Below are positions 13,391 to 27,450 of a DNA stretch of 64,000 nt, piece by piece. The position numbers and the translations under genes are program-made. This DNA is from the human T2T-CHM13v2.0 reference genome, Homo sapiens. The notes below the pieces were generated by a model that had not been told where the DNA came from, did not search any database, and worked only from the letters and a program-made list of their open reading frames with translations. The stretch lies in NCBI RefSeq assembly GCF_009914755.1, contig NC_060931.1; one strand, 5' to 3'. Numbering within the stretch: the first letter of the stretch is position 1; every line of letters begins with the position of its first letter.

Positions 13391-16300
13391 GCTTTGCTTC
13401 TCCATGGGAGAAAATTTGGCCTAGTTTTAGATGGACATACCTTATGCCTTTTAGAGCACAAACCCAAGATACTAAACTGTCTCTGGATTTAAGTGTAAGG
13501 TGAGTGGATTATTTCTGCATCTTATCTCCTTCCGTGGAAGTATATGTAAGTCAATATAGGTGCAATCTTTGAAATTCCTATTAAGCAGCAGCAACATAAA
13601 ATCACGTCAGCCTAGGGTGTGAGAAGGAGGAGCTCCATATAGGTTTTGAACACAGATAAGGCTTTCAGAATGGTTCTGCCTCTGGAATTGTTACTTTAGT
13701 TCTTTTCCTTTTTCCAAAGTTTGTGTTCTAAAGAATCTATTCTGTTAAGACATATTATCTTTCAATGTCAGATGACCTCCTGGCCACTCACCTGAGCCCT
13801 TCCCCATTGTGCCTGCCACTTTTATACACCTTGGCCAAGTTCCTGCTGAGCCATATTGCAGTTTGCAGTGAGGTGCCCAGCGGTTGTCCCCATCCTGCCG
13901 CTGTGAAAGTCAGCCAGGGAATCCACGTGTCTGAGAACTAAAACAAGTCAACTCCAAATCAGCTCTTCTATTTCTAAACCCAGAATCTGCTGTTGATTCA
14001 CACTGGGGCCTTTGAATTAGTTTTCTCTTTCCCACGCTGCCTCAGTTTCTCAACTATCAAAATAGGAAAAAGAACACAAAAGCACGTGTGTTCAGAAGGG
14101 AGACTCCAGCCTTATTTAGACTGAAAGACTTTTTGAGTTTTGTGGGGTTTTGTTGGTGTCTTTTTTTGTTTGTATTTTAGGACATAAACCCAAACTGATT
14201 ACATCACTATTTGTATTCATTTTAATGGTTGTTTCTCTTTGATTGACATCAAATGGTCCTTTTGCATCATGAGAAAAACTCTACTTCTTGGATTTGAGTT
14301 TTCATATTCTTCTGGAAGTTCCATAGTTATTAATTAGTTGCTCTTACTTTTTCTGAACCTAGAGGCTATAAGTTTCATCAATGTTACTTTCTACGTATTA
14401 TTTCAGTTTTAAATGTCAACACCTCTATCTCAAAGAGATATTTGAAGCTGAATCTCTTTGTGCTCTAGGCTCACAAATGCAGTCCTCTAAATCACTCTCT
14501 TGCACATTAAAGGTGTGAGCTAAAGCTGGCTGGTACCTAGCATTCTGGCTCTTTTCCCTCCCATGCCAGTGACAGACATTGCTCATCAATCCCAGGCTCT
14601 TTCCTACCAAGCTTAGAGTGCACTTGGCTTTGGAGAACCCTTCCTGGGACAGGGCCCTACCAGTCATTTGGAGTCAGCAAGTAGGATGAAATCCATTTGC
14701 CATCTATAGAACAATGCCCCATGTAGTAAATATCAAGCCAAAGGTTGGTTTTTCTCCTCAGGAAGCTGTTTGAAACATTAATGCAGTAGAGCGGTGAAGC
14801 ATGAGAAGATGCTGACAATCTTAGAAGCTCTATTATGGTGTAACGGGGATCTCCTCTATGAAGTTTTGAACTCAAAATCCTACTACCAGGGGTAGAGATG
14901 AGAGAGAATTTTCTTCTCTTCTCTAGAGAGCCTCTTATCTATCTTCATAGATAGTGGTTGTTCAGATTCATGTTAACCAAACACTAATGAAATGCATATT
15001 CTTCTTCCTAGACCCAGATATTAGTTTCTAGGTTTTGATCCTACTTGCTTTTTTTTCTACTTAACTTGAATGGAAAGCCACATGATGGAGGTATGCATCA
15101 GACTGGGCACTCTTACCTTTTCCATGGGCATCGGGATCAACTAGTGGAGAGGCCATGAGTTTCTATTGTAGTAGGGTAAAAAGACATCAGAGCCACATTC
15201 TGATGTGAATGGCCACATTCCTATTTATGTTTCCATGGTGGGTTTTTTTTTTTAAAATCAGTTCACTTTTTTGGGTCATCTTTTAATCTGAATGTTGTTA
15301 GTATTAAATTTCAGTGATACTTCATAATGATTTTGGAAGAAGAATGTCCAAATTGCTTGAAGTACTCACATGAACCAGGAGCTACACTAGGAGCCAGCCT
15401 CTTCTGGGAGTCCTGGCATTGCTGTGGGTCTGGGGAAAGCTGGGTCTGCTTGGGACTGGGCAGCGCCATGGTTGGACTACCCCAGAAGATCTTTAATCTT
15501 TCCTTTGGGGGCCTTTTTTTTCTTCTCAAGGCATTCTTGGTTACCAGAAACAGACATGTACTTAAGTTGCCTCCTGTGAAGGAGGATTGATTGAAAGTTT
15601 GTGCCTGGGAGAAGCCAAACGACCAGCTGCAGCAAGGGCAGGGGCTGCACTGTACCACCCTCACATCCTTGTTTGAATCACAGTTCCTCTGCCTGACTCT
15701 TCCCTTTCTTTCCCAGCTGGCTTCCTCTGTGTATTCATAGTCACTCCCCTCCTCAGCATATGCTTAGCCTAGCCCACAGCGGCCACCCCAGCAACGCCTC
15801 CCACCACCTTTCCACTCTAGTGGCCCCTGCTGTCTAGCTCAGCGACTTAGTTTGCCAGTTCTCAATTCCACAGAGAGGACTGGGACACAGCATCTCTGAT
15901 CATAGTGTCACATGGACTGAAAGCCAGTGGTTAACCACTTTTGAGTCAAGACCCTATTGTTTTACTCAGCTGTGGCCAGAGGTTGTAGAATTGTACTTTA
16001 TAAATCATAGCTGCCTTCTACAGACTCTAGTATACCTGTGCTTTTAGCACCCTTGGGGTGTGAGAATATAATGATGATGGCTAGATTAGAATCGTGACAA
16101 TCTACTTGATTTACCTGGGGAATATCATAACAGTGCGGTAGCCATTTCCAAAGCTAGCTTCAGAGAGCTCACAATAGGATTAAAGTTATGTTTAGAAATT
16201 AAATATGATATTTAGCTCATTTAAAATTTACATTTGTCTACCCATTTATTTTTTTCCTGGCAGAAGTAAAATTATTTCAGAAGCACTCATTTTTTCTGTA

Positions 16301-16824
16301 ATTGTTGTCATTGGGTTATTTCATAATTTAATTATCTAAGAATGCCCCACGTCACCCAGTGGTGAGGTGAGGCTACAAAGAAAGGAACCCTGGCATCCTG
16401 CCCTGCACTCATAAGTGATCAGAAAATAATCAAAGTGGATCACAGGCCTGGAGGCCAAGGAAGCTGGTTTGATATGAGTGATCTGCTTGGCGTAAAACTT
16501 ACACCTTTCTTACCCTGACCGTCCCACTTAATGTTACTTGGGATTAGACCTGAGACCCTTGGAGTATAATTTTTGTGTAGAAACATATTTCTGTGGTAGG
16601 TGAGATGAAGCTGAGAGTCTTTTGGGTAAGGAGATTTTCCACCCCATTATTTTCTGTATGGCTTTTACCAAGTACAAATCAAACCAATATTAGAGTCCAT
16701 TTCTCCAGCCCTTTGGCTCCCTTTCAGCCACCTCAGGAATGTTAGCATGGACATTGACCACAACACCCCAGCCTTTTGTAGAGGATGCAGGTAGTGTTCT
16801 GAGCAGAGACCCTGGGGAAACAGA

Positions 16825-16970
16825 TCAGGCAGAATGGCTCAGGAGTCTGGGGTCTGATGTTCTACACTGGGTGGTGCTGGTTCTGTCTCCGTTGATGTCT
16901 TTGCCCCAGAAAAATTCACCCAACTTCTTTTCAGGTCTCAGTTTCCTCATCTGCAAAATGGGAATCAACT
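16825..16970 (+). mobile_element. MIR SINE relic
   Basis: TCTCAGTTTCCTCATCTGCAAAATGGGAAT MIR core. Confidence 0.65.
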
Positions 16971-19258
16971 CCCCTCAATGACCTCTAAGGACCATTAAGG
17001 AGCTGCTTATTAATGATGCTAAGAATGCTTGGGACTTATAAATATTTCCTAAGCAGAGCTGATATCTTTCCTCTTGCTATAAGATTGGAGGAGGTATGCA
17101 GCATCTCTCTGTTCATCTGTAATTTAGTCAGCTTGTGTACATACTGCATTGCATTAAACGCTGAACTCTGATCCTAGTGTTTAAACATATTAAATACAAA
17201 ATATGAGTAGTATAAATTGTATGAAACACTTTTGTCTCCTACTTGGAGGCTTAACAAGATTTTGATGCGGGGTCAGCACAAACATTATACAGACACTGCT
17301 AAGAGTAAGTGGACGTCTTGTAGACAGTGGTTGGAAAATAGTCTTACAGCAAAAGTAGTCGAAGCCCATCACTGGGGGATTTATAAGTAGGCCAAGGGAA
17401 ATTGAGGGTGGGCAAGGATTTGAGGTATTTGTTTATTTTATTTGACCATTAACTTTTGTGATACTATTTCTCTAAAGAGCAGAAGAGAGCTTCACAGATA
17501 ACAGACTTCAAGTTTTAAACTCTTCATTCCCACAATAGCTTTGCTGGGGTTTGCTGCCATAATTAATCAAAAGGAATGTCACCTATGTCTCCCTTTAGAA
17601 AAATAAAGCTTCAGGACAAGGCAGTTTTCTATTAGTGGCTTGGGGATAGACGACACCACCACATGTCTTTTATTTCTGAGATCTGGCTTCTGGGTGTTCA
17701 TTAATAAACACACAAAGGGTTTTACCTGATGGCTCTGTAAGGTACAGTGCTGTCGGCAAACTGTGTGGAAGCCATTGACGATCATCATACTCTCCTGTTG
17801 TTTAATTGAAACTCTAATGGTTTTATTTACCTAAGCATTCTTTAAATTATGGAGTTTTCTTTCTTCCTCTTTCTAGAAGTGGTCATCTGTTGCCCTCCTT
17901 TGCTTTTGTCTTCGGCTGGTGATTTGTAGCCTCTGCATCCCTACAAGTGTAGTTCTCTAAAGCCACTCTGGATGGGAATCAGGTGCTGGGTGAAGGTTTG
18001 TGTCCTAAAAGAAATGTGGAGCTCTTTAACTATTTCCTTTTTATAATCGTGCTGTTTTCTGTTTTTGCCCTGACTTGTGTTTTTAAATTTTGCTATAATA
18101 CCCTGAGGTCTTTAATATTTTCCTCTGGGGCAAAGTCCAAGAGGAAAATAAACTCTCTAAAGAGTGATAGAAATTGTTGACAAGGGAAGTTTGCAAATGA
18201 CCATGTTTTATTTCAGTTTTCAAAAACTGTAAGCAGACATACAGAAATCCCAGCAGTTACCCATATCTGCTGATCCCTCTGTCCTCTGAGAAGAAGGAAG
18301 AGATTTATGGAATCCACAGGGGCTAGGGCCACATAACCCAGTTTGAGCTTAGAAGGCACTAGCTCCTTAATGCCAAGTAAATTTTGGAAATGATTCTCCT
18401 TTGCTGACAGTACCCTCATTACTGATTGTGTAGAGTAATTTATCAGGCATTTCTTAAAATAAACCGTTCATTTATACTAATAGGACTTGGCAGGAAGAAA
18501 AAATTGGCAGGACTTGGAGTTCCTAGTGTGGGTTTTTTTTTTCTTTTTCTTTCTTCTTCTTCTTCTTTTTTTTTTTTTTTAATTTTGTTGCCTTTAACAA
18601 ATTTAAAAACACCAGCATTGAAAACTTTTAAATATTTTGAGGAAACAGTTTTCAGAGGCCAGCTTGAAGTTCATTAAGGCATAAAGAATGGCATTATAAA
18701 TCTGCAAAATGGAAGACAGGAAATATTTCCAATGACAAAGTTTACCAAAAGAAAAATTAAGTACAATGCATCTGATTTTATCTTTCTTCATTCTTCAGGT
18801 ATTGGGTTCCTCATGTGGTTAACTTTACCTATTTTTGATGTCACATGGGCTTTTGAAGAATGCTCATTTTCCTTTTTCTTCTCCATGTACAGTTACAATC
18901 TCCTTCTCCTTGGAGTCTGTATCAGCTCGCTGCTTCTCCTTAGTTATGCACGTAATGTATCAGTGTTGTTTATGTATACCCAAGATAGTTATTCTCAAGG
19001 CTTTCTTATTATCTCTGTATTCTTAGCCTTGGGCCTCTGACAATAAATTTCCATCTTACATTCCCTTGGAATTAAAAGGACATCACCAGGATTGATAAGC
19101 TTTTCTCCTGAATAAAATGATAGCGATGGAAATCATAATAAAAGATAAGTAACAATCGAATCTGCAGTCTCAGGAAAACTGCATTAGCCCTCTGCCAGCA
19201 CTGGGAATGCGGCTGGCCTGAGAGCCAAACTCACAAAATGCTGCAGTGCAGGGAAGAT

Positions 19259-19283
19259 ACACACACACATACACACACACACA
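19259..19283. repeat. Short interrupted (CA)n microsatellite
   Basis: ACACACACACATACACACACACACAC. Confidence 0.9.
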
Positions 19284-22200
19284 CTTGTAACCACACACCC
19301 CTGTATATTAGATATATTTTTATAATAATGAAGCTATATAAGTTACAGCATGTGTTGAGATTCAGACTTGCTAGTAGGTTGTGTAGTTCAGACCAAAACA
19401 GAAAGAATAAATGTTTTCTGAGAATGAATAGAGTTTTTAAAAAGTTCAGGGGTCTACTGATGGTTGAGTCACACTCAAAAGGGGTAACATGGGCTAAGTG
19501 AAACTTACAGGAAAAAATTGGCAAGTGTTTTCTTATCACTGAATTAGCAGACTCTACCAGCTTCTCAGGCAACTTCTTTAACTGACTTTTTAACATCAAA
19601 TGGTTATCCCTGTTTTCATCTTCTTTCCTATCTGGACCTTAGAGCTTGTTATTCGTCTAAAATTCAACTGTTAGATTGTTTTGTAATATTCAAGCTTTTG
19701 CATAATTGATAGTATGAGACGTAAGCCTCCCCCTACCAAAAAAAAAGTCTAGAAGGAAATATATCAAAATGTTAAAGACAATGTTATTATATTAATAATA
19801 ATTCTTCCTGGGTGATAAGATTTTGGGTAATTTTTATCTTCTTTATCTTTCTTCAGTATTTTTAAATAATTTACTCTAATATTTAGAAAAATCTTTACAG
19901 AACAATGGGAAAAAGGCATAAACCTTATTTTTTTAGAAGTACAGTGTTAATTAATAGAATATTTTTTTCTAGAAAGTTAAAATTGTGTCCATTATTTCTT
20001 TCTCCATGTGCATTGAGAATTAATGCTCTACACAGTCATATTATATTCTGTTTATCCTTATTATTACATATCTATAATTTTTAAATATCCCTGACCAATT
20101 CATCAGTAACTTTTAATTTTCTAGTTTTCTTACACTTTTCTTGCCAATATAAGTAGTTTTCCTTTGTTTTCTTTCTTTTCATTTTTCAGGCTGTCTATTA
20201 ATACAAGCATATGCCAGTTTATTTCTATTATTATCTGTGGTCTATGATATAAGGAAGTTAGGTAGTAAACACTTGGGCTTTGTAAGTTTCTTCTGCTCCT
20301 AACCAAAGATTTCTAGCAAAATCATTAGCAGAAGTGTTCTTCTAGCCACCACATTTAGGTCATTGTCTTTAATTTCAGACCAAAAGATTGTCTAGAAAAG
20401 TTTGAGGGCAGTGTGTATTTGGATTGGCACATGCATCCTTTGAGCCTAAATATAAGAAGAGAATCCAGAGAAATATCATCATTCCTGTCAAGGAAAAAAG
20501 TGGTGTGAGGGGGCCTCATTCCTTACCCCTTTTCAGATTGAATTCATCTCATGAAATTGCCATGTTCTTGTTTAGCAAAAACAACAGGAGCATAGAGGAA
20601 CACGGTTATTTCAATAATAAAGATTCTTTTTATCACAGTATCTTGGGATGTCCAATAGATTCTAGTCTTTTCACTATGGTCCTTTAACCCTTCTAACCAC
20701 TGGTTGCCTTTTGCTGAGTTACTATGATTTTCTGCAAAGGGGACTCAGTTAACAGGAATCAGTGAGAGAAAAACTTCCATGTGACTCTGCCTCTGTGGGT
20801 GCTGTGGTTATGATCTGGTGGGAAGATATTGGAGTCCAGTTGATTCTGTGCTGAGGAAGGCTGACTTTGAGCATAAGCTTCTTCCTGGCGTCAGTCACTA
20901 GTGAGACACCCAGCCAGAAATGCAATGAAATCTGTGTCTTTTGTGACAAACTCTGGGTAGTCACAACATCCAAAAGCTTGCCCTGTGGAGACCAACTGAT
21001 GCCAGCCAGAGGACATCGGACTACTTTTTCCTCTTGCTAGGAATTATTTTAGTCCTGGAGCTAAGAGGGTGGCCACCTCTTTTTCAGGGAATCCCATACA
21101 GAATGAGATAGAACTTTCAGGCCCCACAGGCAAATTAGCTTTGACAGGTTCAGAAAGCTTTTCTTAATTAGTTTGCCTATGTGTGTAGCATTCTTATTTC
21201 CCCTTTCTTCTCGTTTAATATTTAGTAAAAGAAACTCTTCTGAAAATTTCAACCAATTTCAGTGAAAACTAGTAAGTAAAACTAATTTTGTTCCTGTTTA
21301 TTTTAGAGCACTAACAGGAGTGGTGGTAAGAGGCCCATAGGAGAAGGCATAAGAGTCAGAGGGGAGAAGGAGAAAAGGTAGGCAAAGCCCAGGTGGAGAG
21401 CCTGGGGGTTGGTTCAGACACCCCTTTCCAGCCACTGATTTGCTGTCCAATGCTAAATTCTGAAGATCCCTATGTTTTATTAAAGGAAATAGTCCCATTG
21501 ATGAATTACTGAGAAAATATACCAATGTAGATGTGCTTACAACTTCATGCAGGTTTATTTAGGCTGGGATCCTAGATTTGCTCTCACCTCTAAACTTTAG
21601 ACATTTCTCAGTTATTTGACCTGAATTACTATGGTTTACTCTTCCAGTAGGTTGCAGGCCTTGATGAAATTGGTTTATACCCTTTAAACTCACTCATAAA
21701 ACTAATTTCCACCAAAAAGCCAGTTGAATTCTGACCTCCTAAAGGGCAATGGTGTCTCTATCGTTTTAGATTCTTCAGTGCTAAGCATGAGTGTATGACT
21801 CAATCAATGACTTGTTGAATTAGTGTCTATTAAATTTTTTTGTGGGAAAAGCCTTTTACAGCTTCTGGATCTTTCTATCCCTGAGTATGATACCTTCTTC
21901 TTAGTCTAATAAGAACCTAATGTGGCACATTGATACTCACAAGATGGTTTGAGCATGGCTTCCGGGCAAAGAGAAGCAGGTAGTTTGGAGCCATTTTGTG
22001 TGTGTTGGGGGTGAGGGGGGTAGTGAGTTTCATAGCTTTATCAAAACTTAGTTCTGCTCCACTCATCAGCATGCTTTTACCATCATCTGAAACTTAAGCT
22101 CCTATGATGGTGTCTCCCTTGGACAGGGCTAAGAGCATTCTTTTCATTCTCATTTTCAGTGTTTCAAGTGGGCCACTCAGAACTGCTTAGGTCATCCTCT

Positions 22201-23594
22201 TCTCATAGCGACTTATAACACTTTTATGTCATTAAAATTCTACATTACTGGGGATTACATTCTGAGGACAAGATTCACTTGCTTGTGGGAGGAACTCTTG
22301 TAGACTAATCCCTTATTAATACACGTGAATTCTTGACCTCTTGGGCCAGAGAATGTCCCCTTTGATCCCTTTCCAGTTCATCTTTTCTGTAGCAGGGACT
22401 GGGGAAGAAATAACTTTAAAACAATTATGAGTACAATGCTAAAATTACCCTAACATGCCTTGAGAATGTTAAACAATGTTATTTGACATGATTATAGTAG
22501 ATGCAGGTACTACCTGGACTGTGGAGAACTGGAAAGAGAAAATACTGAAAAAAGAGTTAGAATCTGGCTTTTGTCCTTATATGTTTTGTTACCTGTAGCA
22601 AGTCACTTAATCATGCTGAGCCTCCATGTCTTCACTTTGAAATAAGTAACTTTACCTACTGTCTAAAATTAATAATATTAACATATACATCTATAGGAGC
22701 CCATAAATGCAAGGTAATATTGCATGTGATTGATGGACAGCAAAAATATTTTTGAAGAAACCCCTTAACAGGGGACATTTACCTTCTAAGCAGCCTCAAT
22801 AATTAGTTTTACCTGGTCAAAACTGTCACAGCCTCTGCCACCATCATTTCCTCCTACACCCCTCCAACATTTATACATTTCATATTTTTTACATAAATTT
22901 TATCAATGGAAAACAGCCTCTCAAAGTGAACTAAAATATACACAAAATTGATATCAACCATTTCTTCTATTAGGGAGAATAAGCTGCTGGATTGTCCACT
23001 CCTGGAGAAGATGGCTGTTCTCAGATTAACTTGATCTGCCTACCTGTATTTTTACTAATTCTTTAGGGATAAGAACCAGGACTAAATTAGCTCAGTGAAA
23101 TGAATTTTGACAATGTGGCAGTCTTCAATCTTCAGTAACCCAATCCTTACAGTATCTTCAAAGATAAGTATGTCTCATAAGTCCTATTAAAGAAAGCTTA
23201 GTCCCAGTTGGAGAATATACATTTGATACTGAGATTTCTTTGGACCAAATTAGTAACCAGGAACTTAAGGTAAATCCAGGAAAAGCCTCCAAGGCTTGGT
23301 CACAATCACTGGGAAATATGAATACATCTATAAGCACTTTTTTTCTTTTTCTGGGGGCAGCAAGACACAGTGGCTCACAGCTGGCATTCTTGCCCCTCAC
23401 TTTTTCTTTTATTTGCAGCACACGGTTCCATTTTCAATGTAGCATATAAAGAAAAAAAGTTAAGGTATTAAAAATGCATGTAACGTCTTCTAAATTGGTG
23501 GGTTTCAGAGTGAAGAATTGTAATTGTATTACAGTTAGGCAAAATCATTAATTAGGCTTCTGTTTGTAATTTGGTTTAAAGAAAAATAATTTTA

Positions 23595-23916
<322 letters not shown>

Positions 23917-24924
23917 TCTTAGCTTGCATAATGCCTTGAATTTTCCTATGGAAGGTCAGTAAGTGAAATATTGATGAAGGCTTGTGAAATTTGAGCATGT
24001 GATTTCAGACATGTGTGTTGACAATAATACACTGATACCACAGTTCAAGAAGAAAATGATTCAGGAGGTAATAGAAGAATAAAGATGGCCACTATTAACT
24101 AATTTGCTAATGATTATTTTCTATAAGATATGTGTTATAGGATGTTCTTAGTGTCATATATTCAATGTAACACTTTTGATTAGCAGGAATTACTTATTAT
24201 CTCAGCTGTGAGGTTGGCCTTACCATAGTTACTTGGCTTAAACTGGCAATCACGTCTGATTTCAATTATGTTAATGTAAGGTAAAGATATTCATAGACTA
24301 GAAATTAAGAGTATACTAGCAGAAACAATTCCAAATATTCTTGCTAATTATATTGTTGCATATTATTCAAATAAGTAAAGAGCCATATTAAGCAATTATC
24401 TGTGGAAATAACCAAAAGAAAAATATAATTAATTTCTATAATAAATGAAAAATAAGCTGAGGTAAGTATACAGGAGTGGTATTCAAAATACCTTAACAAT
24501 AATTAATCATACCCCCTCACTAAAAATAATAGAATGCTGGCCAAGGCATTGGAATGGTGTCACTGAGGCTGCATCCTGAATTGGATGTTAGCCTTAATGT
24601 TTTGGATCATTAAGAATTTCAGTGGGATCCCAGGTTGGGCACAGGTGATGCAGGACAGCAGTTATTTACTAATTAATATGAAATAGATCAGATTCTAGTA
24701 ACCAGTATGAATGTACCAGTGCACACAAGCTTAATGTCAGCCCTGGTGAAAACCTAATAATTCATTAGTAACTGTTTGATTCATTTTTTATTAAATTTCA
24801 CAAATGCAGTCTGTCTTGACTCTCAGTCCTCCGCTGTCAGAATTGAATTGTAAGTCCTGGGCAGATATGAAAGAAGAGAATACTCATTACAATATTGTAT
24901 GCAAATCCTAAGGAGGTATCTGAG

Positions 24925-26378
24925 AGTTTCATTTCTAATAAGGAAGACCAGTGTGTAGCACACTAACCCTTCCAGCAAGAACAGTAAGAAAAACTGGATA
25001 AGTTTTCAAAAATCTGTTCAAAATCACCAGGGAACTACCAAGAGAGTTAGGGCTTCAGGGCCAATATCCCAAAGAGAAAGGAAACACACTGGAGTAAGCC
25101 CTGTGTACTCTTTCCCTTTCCCCACTTAGGGCATTACCATTTCTTGGTGCATGGCATAATGACCTACTAGAAATGGTGACTTAAAGCTCGCACCAGTTTT
25201 GCTGGGTCTGGGTTTAGGGACACTAAAGCAGTCAGCACATACGGGGCCAAGATCTCAGAGAAAAGTAAGATCTCAGAGAAAAGTAGATATTGGAGATAAA
25301 TGTAAGACTGAAAGACAGAGAGAAGAAGGCAAACCAGCTAGCAATCTTGGGATCTAAGGATCAACATGACAATAAGATTCTGGGATTTCTTTTTGCTTCA
25401 CATATTTCAAGCTAGGTATTGGAGAAACTGGTAACCAAGAAATTTTGACCAAAAAAAAAAAAAAAAAAAAAAAAAGCCTCAAGAAATGCCTGCTCTCTCT
25501 AGCCAAAGAACCAGGAAAGGGGCAGGCTAGCATGATAGAAAATGTTTAGACAGTAACCTCCCTACTTCAGCGAAACACCACAGGAAAAAACGGCAGCCCC
25601 ACTTCCACCTCTGTCAGCAAAGGCAAAGTGAGAAGCCTAGACTTACATTTCTACCTGGCAGTAATGATGCCCATCCCCGCATCAAAAGTGGAGACCCATG
25701 GGGAGAAGGCACTTCCTCCCCTGCCCGGTGGTAACAGGCATGCCTCCCCTTCTTTGCTGGCGAGGTGTTAGAGACCAGGGGGGAAAGCCTGGACTGTTAT
25801 CTTCCAGCAGTAATAAGCCACTCACTCTACCACCTGCTGTATCCATGAAAGCCACATGGGTAGGAGCAAGAAGGTCCCTGATACCACCAGAGACCCAGGG
25901 GGACCCTGAAGTTCCACCCCTGCCCAGTAGTATTGAGGAGTCATTCTCCCTGCAGCAGGGTATCGTGGAGACCAAATGGGGGCCTGGGCTTCCACCTGCA
26001 GCTTGCCATAATGAGGCAGGACCCCTTCCCCGGCCAGCATGCAGTCAAAGGAGGCTTCCTAAGACAGAAGATTGAAATGAGATCCAGAGTCTCATAACAC
26101 TCAAAATGTCCAGGAATACAATTGTAAATCAGTCTTCATATCAAGAAAATCTCAGCTTGAATGGGAGAAGAAAAATCAATGGATGCCAACGATGAGACTG
26201 CACAGACGTTGGAATTACCTGGCAAAAGTTTTAAGGCAGCCATCATATAAAAGCTTCAAAAGCAGTTACAAACACACATAAAACAAAGGTGAAAGTAGGA
26301 AGTTTTAACAAGAAAATAGAACATCTCTGCAAAGAAACAGAAGATATAAAGAAGGACCAAATGGAAATGATAGAACAT
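24925..26378 (+). mobile_element. Ancient L1M (L1MC/MD-like) 5'UTR and ORF1 start, composite fragments
   Basis: GATCCAGAGTCTCATAAC...AAAATGTCCAGGA...GGAATTACCTGGCAAAAGTTTTAAGGCAGCCATCAT. Peptide KKIEHLCKETEDIKKDQMEMIE resembles the ORF1p coiled coil. Contains an A25 run at 25451-25475. Confidence 0.72.
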
Positions 26379-26519
26379 GTTGAGCCTATAAAGTTACTGT
26401 TCTCTTCAGATGGATCTCTGTGTGGGTTGGGGTCTGCATTCAAAGTCCAGACATTTCTCAAGTCTGTCTCAGCCTTTGCTTTCCACATGACCCTGTCATG
26501 GCTCCTACTCATGGTAGTT

Positions 26520-26870
26520 CAGGCAGGCCTGCTACAGCCTCCCCTGGGCAATGAGGGAACATGAATCTACTGCATCCTCCTGGCCAGAGATTTCAGTCCA
26601 GGGCTAGGCACATAACCAAGTACAGAACCTGAGAAAATTCTTGGATTCTATCTGTAATTATTGGGAAAACTATCTCTTTTTCAGTTTGTCACTTAATTGT
26701 TTGAATAATTATTAGAATTATTAGAGCACAGGCTCCTGGCTGCCATATTTGTCACTACTCAGTTGGAGCCTGCTTCAAGTGAGCCAGGAGACAGGGATTA
26801 AGACATGATCAGTATTAGGATCCTGGTGACAGGGTTTCATCACTGGGATCCATCTAGGCTTTCTTGAGTT
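26520..26870 (+). mobile_element. Old MaLR LTR fragment (MLT1J/K-like)
   Basis: CCTCCTGGCCAGAGATT...CAGGGCTAGGCACATAACCAAG...GGCTGCCATATTTGTCACTAC...TCCTGGTGACA...GGATCCATC. Confidence 0.45.
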
Positions 26871-26879
26871 AAGCTTTTC

Positions 26880-27450
26880 TTTTTAAAATATTATTTTATT
26901 TTATTGTAAGAAAACTTACCGTGAGATTTACTCTCTCAAATTTTTGAGTGTACAATACAGTGTTGTTAACTATAGAACAATATTGTACAGCACATCTCTA
27001 GAAAGTTTTCATCTTGCATAATTGAAACTTTATGCCCATTGATTAGCAATTTCCCATTCCCCTCCCTCTTAGGTCCTGGTAACCACCATTCTACTCTCTG
27101 ATTTTGTGAATTTGACTATTTTAGATACCTCAAGTAAGTGAAATCAGGCAGTCTTTATCCTGTGACTGGTTTATTTCACTTAGTATAATGTCTTAAAGGT
27201 TCATCCATATGGCATGGATTTTCCCATCCATCAAAATAGCAGGTGGTAGGATGATCTTCTTTTTTAAGGTCAATAATATTCCATTGTATATATATACATT
27301 TTATTAATCCATTCATCTATTGATGGACATTTAGTTTGTTTCTTAGTTACTATGCATAGTGCTGCAGTGAACATTGGGGTGCTAATGTCTTTTGAGATCT
27401 TGATTTCAGTTCTTTTGGATAAATACCCAGGAGTGGGATAGCTGGATTTT
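26880..27450 (-). mobile_element. L1MB1/2-like 3' end, 5'-truncated
   Basis: GTGTACAATACAGTGTTGTTAACTATAG...TTGTACAGCACATCTCTAGAA...GGTAACCACCATTCTACTCTCTG...TTTTGGATAAATACCCAG. Confidence 0.88.

Noticed and set aside
15600-16050. Possible very old MLT1-type LTR
   Set aside because: Only a short motif (TCAGCTGTGGCCAGAGG) matches, and no ends are definable.
25682-26075. Overlapping 72-125 aa ORFs on both strands
   Set aside because: They fall in the GC-rich part of an ancient L1M 5'UTR.
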